Below, piece by piece: positions 61,067-64,000 of a DNA stretch of 64,000 nt; within the stretch, counting starts at the first letter, position 1; every line of letters starts with the position of its first letter. The notes beneath the pieces are model-generated. The model saw only the letters and a list, made by a program, of their open reading frames with translations. It had not been told where the DNA came from and did not search any database. The stretch lies in NCBI GenBank assembly GCA_039029375.1, contig JBCCGH010000003.1:63375-127374 (forward strand), in the 5' to 3' direction. Source of the DNA: Planctomycetota bacterium. Lineage in GTDB: Bacteria > Planctomycetota > UBA1135 > UBA2386. A program made the translations under genes and the position numbers.

Positions 61067-61372
61067 GTGCGTCGCTTCCTCGGCCTTGGACTCCTCGCGT
61101 GCGTCGCTGTACTCCCGAGCTGCGGTTTCGTGTACACGCACGTGACCGAACCCTTGGACGTCAACCTCAACGAAACTCCCGTCTTTGCCGGCGAAGGCGC
61201 CCAGGGCGACACCAAACAAATCCGCTACCAGGTGTCGATCGAGTGGGACCGCAACGGCATCGGCGACATCGCCAAGCAGCACGGCCTCACCACGGTGCAC
61301 TACGCCGACCTGACCACGCTGACCGTGCTCGGCATCTGGAACCAGCGCTTCGTGACCGTCTACGGCGAGTAG
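61067..61372 (+). CDS. TRL-like small lipoprotein (tandem paralog)
   Basis: Lipobox: AVLPSC. The C-terminus is ...HGLTTVHYADLTTLTVLGIWNQRFVTVYGE. It starts 3 nt after the previous stop. Confidence 0.6.
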   Translation: MRRFLGLGLLACVAVLPSCGFVYTHVTEPLDVNLNETPVFAGEGAQGDTKQIRYQVSIEWDRNGIGDIAKQHGLTTVHYADLTTLTVLGIWNQRFVTVYGE

Positions 61373-61377
61373 TGATG

Positions 61378-61408
61378 CGGCCGTACGGTGCCGCGTTCAA
61401 CCGACCGG
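61378..61408. repeat. Degenerate copy of inverted-repeat element B (left-arm orientation)
   Basis: cggccgtacggtgccgcg is the exact reverse complement of 59128-59145. The following ttcaaccgaccgg resembles ...aaaaccgccgg of the 15638 arm. Confidence 0.6.
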
Positions 61409-62551
61409 CGGGCCGTCGAGCACCAGCACCAGCGGCGGCGTGAGCTCGAGCGCGCTGCCGGCGAGCACCACGCCCTGGAACGCAAACGGAGTCCCGCGCG
61501 GATAGATCGCGCTAATGGGCAGTGAGAGATCGAGCACGCCGCTCGGTGGCACCGTGCCAAACGGCAGCGCGACGTGCAGGCTCGGATCGATCCACAGGGC
61601 GCCGAACGGCAGGGCGATCGGCGTGTGGGGAAGGCTCGCCAGGAGCACCGCTGAGGCGCCCACCGGGCCATGCAGCGACCACGACAGGACGCCACCGGGC
61701 GGGGCCGTGTCGCCGACGAGGGCCGCGATCGGCCGCGTGGTGAATGGTGCCGCAATCCCGCCAGTCTCGACCACCGCCGGATCCAAAACGATCGCGCCGC
61801 CGAACGCCCGAATCGCCGGCGCTTGGAACGAGCAGCCGAACGTCGTCGACTCTTGCGAGCCGCCAATGAGCTCGGTGACCGGCCCCGTCGCGACCAAACT
61901 CGAATCGGTGAGATCGACCGCGGGCTGCGTCGCTGCGAGCTGCGCGCAGGGCAGTACTTGCAGGATGCCTGGCGCACCGCGCAGCACGCTGTCGACCACC
62001 GTGATCGAGGAGCGGTTCGCCACGAGAGCCGGGTGCGAACTTGGCACCAGCAGCTGGGTGGCCTCCAGATCGACGCCGTTGAGCACCAGGTTGCTCGCCG
62101 ACGCCGTGATCCCGGTCGGCGAGCGCAGACGGCTGTCGTGCACGCTCACCTGCGCACTGCGGATGACGGAGACCGCTCGATCCCGCACCGTATCGGTCCG
62201 CATGCCGTCGATGAGCACCGGGCCCGCCGAGTCGATCACCGTGATCGGCGCGTCGAGCCCGCGGAGCACGACGCGCTGTCCGGCAGGCAAACCTCGCACG
62301 GCGATGGAGAACTCGAACTGCGGCACCCCGCCGTCGCCGAGCACGGTGAGAGCTTTGGTGATGACAGCCGGGTCGTAAGCACCGGGGCGCACCAGGATCG
62401 TGTCACCCGCGGCAGCCACGTTGACCGCTTCGGCGAACTCGGTGAACTGCACTCCGGGCCCCCCGCCAGCAGCGACGACCCACGTCTGTTGTGCAACCAC
62501 TGGGAGGGCGAACAGCGCCAAGGCGCACGGGAGCAGCAGAGCGCGGAGCAT
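61397..62551 (-). CDS. Secreted parallel-beta-helix-like protein with the shared C-terminal domain (paralog 3 of 3)
   Basis: Signal peptide: MLRALLLPCALALFALPVVAQ. The segment QTWVVAAGGGPGVQFTEFAEAVNVAAAGDTILVRPGAY is shared with the paralogs. The C-terminus is ...LLASLPHTPIALPFGALWIDP...FAFQGVVLAG.... Confidence 0.75.
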   Translation of the reverse strand: MLRALLLPCALALFALPVVAQQTWVVAAGGGPGVQFTEFAEAVNVAAAGDTILVRPGAYDPAVITKALTVLGDGGVPQFEFSIAVRGLPAGQRVVLRGLDAPITVIDSAGPVLIDGMRTDTVRDRAVSVIRSAQVSVHDSRLRSPTGITASASNLVLNGVDLEATQLLVPSSHPALVANRSSITVVDSVLRGAPGILQVLPCAQLAATQPAVDLTDSSLVATGPVTELIGGSQESTTFGCSFQAPAIRAFGGAIVLDPAVVETGGIAAPFTTRPIAALVGDTAPPGGVLSWSLHGPVGASAVLLASLPHTPIALPFGALWIDPSLHVALPFGTVPPSGVLDLSLPISAIYPRGTPFAFQGVVLAGSALELTPPLVLVLDGPPVG

Positions 62552-62657
62552 GACCAGGCCATGTTAGAGGAGCGGCCATTGCGCCTCACGTTCCTAGTGG
62601 AGAAGGCTTTCGAGAAGGGCGAGCTCCCGCCCCACGGGGTAGCGTTCGCGTCAGAAG

Positions 62658-64000
62658 ATGACGACCCGAACGACCAACCGCGCCATCGCGATCATCGCCT
62701 GGCAGCTCCTCGCTTCTGCCATGTGCCAGGACGCCCCGCCGCGGCTCGTGCCGCCGTCCGCGTTCACGGCACCCGCCGGACTGGAGGTCCGAGTTTGGGC
62801 GACGAGCCCGCAACTCGAGAACCCGACCAACATCGACATTGATCAGCGCGGTCGGATCTGGGTAACCGAGGGTGTCAACTATCGCGGCAAGAGCCAACGA
62901 CGGCCCGAGGGCGACCGCGTCGTCGTCCTCCAGGACAGCGATGGCGATGGGCGCGCCGACCAGAGCCACGTCTTCGTGCAAGACCCGCAGCTCATCTCAC
63001 CGCTTGGCATCGCGGTGTTCGACAACGTCGTCGTGGTCTCCCAGCCACCGCACATGCTGGTCTACACTGACATCGACCGCGACCTGAAGTTCGATCCCGC
63101 CGTCGACGCGCGTGAGGAGCGACTCACCGGCTTCCAAGGCCAGAACCACGACCACAGCCTGCACTCTGTCACCGCGGGCCCGGACGGACTGTGGTATTGG
63201 AACTCCGGCAACTGCGGCGCCATCTTCACCGACCGCTCGGGCAAGACATTCCGCATTACGAGCTCGTACATGGATCCGCGCGACGTCGCCGGGTCGCGCA
63301 GTGATGACGGGCACGTGTACGTCGGCGGCTTCACGGCGCGCATGCAGCCAGACGGCCGCGACGTCGAGATCATCGGCTTCAACTACCGCAACAGCTACGA
63401 GCAGGTAGTGACGTCGTTCGGCGACGTCTTCCACAGCGACAACGACGATCCGCCGGCGTGTCGCGTCACCCACGTGCTCGAATATGGCAACGCCGGCTTC
63501 AGCTCACGCGATGGGCAACGCGCATGGCGCGCCGACCAGCGCCCCGGGCAAACCGTGCCCACTGCCCAATGGCGCCAGGAGGATCCCGGGGTGATGCCGG
63601 CTGGCGACATCTACGGCGGCGGGTCACCGACCGGCGTGGCCTTCTACGAGAACGGTGCGCTGGGCGAACGGTGGCGCGGCACGTTGCTCGCCTGCGAACC
63701 GGGCCGCAACACGATCTTCGGCTACCAGCCCGTGCGCGATGGCGCCGGGTTCAAGCTGGACCGCTTCGACTGGCTGACCACCAACGCCGAGGGCGAATTC
63801 ACCGGCTCGGACTTCACCGGCGGCCGATGGGATGGCCAACTTCACACGCAATTCAGGCCCGCGGATGTCGCGGTGGGACCAGACGGCGCGATCTACGTGG
63901 CAGACTGGTTCGACGGTCGCGTCGGTGGCCATCAGACGCTCGACGACGCACGCTCCGGCACGATCTACCGCGTGGCTCCGAAGGGCTTCGTGGCCCAAGT
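62658..64000 (+). CDS. PVC-type putative membrane-bound dehydrogenase-domain protein, N-terminal part (runs off window)
   Basis: Manual translation from ATG 62658 gives MTTRTTNRAIAIIAWQLLASAMC..., then GLEVRVWATSPQLENPTNIDIDQRGRIWVTEGVNYRG...DRVVVLQDSDGDGRAD...GPDGAIYVADW. The frame stays open to position 64000. It is absent from the ORF track because it has no stop in the window. Confidence 0.6.
   Translation, partial: MTTRTTNRAIAIIAWQLLASAMCQDAPPRLVPPSAFTAPAGLEVRVWATSPQLENPTNIDIDQRGRIWVTEGVNYRGKSQRRPEGDRVVVLQDSDGDGRADQSHVFVQDPQLISPLGIAVFDNVVVVSQPPHMLVYTDIDRDLKFDPAVDAREERLTGFQGQNHDHSLHSVTAGPDGLWYWNSGNCGAIFTDRSGKTFRITSSYMDPRDVAGSRSDDGHVYVGGFTARMQPDGRDVEIIGFNYRNSYEQVVTSFGDVFHSDNDDPPACRVTHVLEYGNAGFSSRDGQRAWRADQRPGQTVPTAQWRQEDPGVMPAGDIYGGGSPTGVAFYENGALGERWRGTLLACEPGRNTIFGYQPVRDGAGFKLDRFDWLTTNAEGEFTGSDFTGGRWDGQLHTQFRPADVAVGPDGAIYVADWFDGRVGGHQTLDDARSGTIYRVAPKGFVAQ

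Overview
High-GC (about 70 %) bacterial chromosomal window. Gene content resembles a large-genome Myxococcota-like (or otherwise PVC-like) organism; that assignment is inference only. About 45 protein genes are supportable. No rRNA, tRNA or CRISPR array was seen. Core content: a two-gene hybrid NRPS-PKS (C-A-T, then KS-AT-KR-T) with a divergent radical-SAM/SPASM gene. There is one NarL-type two-component pair, at least four ECF-type sigma genes or fragments, two intact Ser/Thr kinases and one kinase-less remnant. Housekeeping genes include coaD, ridA and comEC. Other enzymes are a carotenoid oxygenase, a Cys-type sulfatase, a sulfotransferase, a TlpA-like thioredoxin and a methyltransferase. 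The most interesting items are listed here. (1) A minus-strand operon encodes a BY-kinase/MinD-like ATPase, a coiled-coil protein and a MamK-like actin, with no magnetosome genes nearby. (2) An MglA-type small GTPase is fused to a histidine kinase and followed by a sulfotransferase. (3) A gene pair, ELWxxDGT-repeat secreted protein plus receptor Ser/Thr kinase with an FGE/SUMF1-type ectodomain, occurs twice; one copy has lost its kinase domain. (4) An unnamed C-terminal domain of about 100 aa is shared by at least 8 otherwise unrelated secreted proteins, plus one orphan remnant. (5) Two small repeat families are present. One is a palindromic 170-bp MITE-like element whose CTAG termini supply the stop codons of flanking genes. 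The other is a 33-bp-arm inverted repeat that overlaps the 3' end of the radical-SAM gene. Several accessory paralogs carry an in-frame stop or 1-nt frame changes, while the 8 kb of megasynthase ORFs are intact. In this GC-rich DNA most long ORFs in the six-frame track are antisense or alternative-frame artefacts; calls were made on recognisable motifs and third-position GC.
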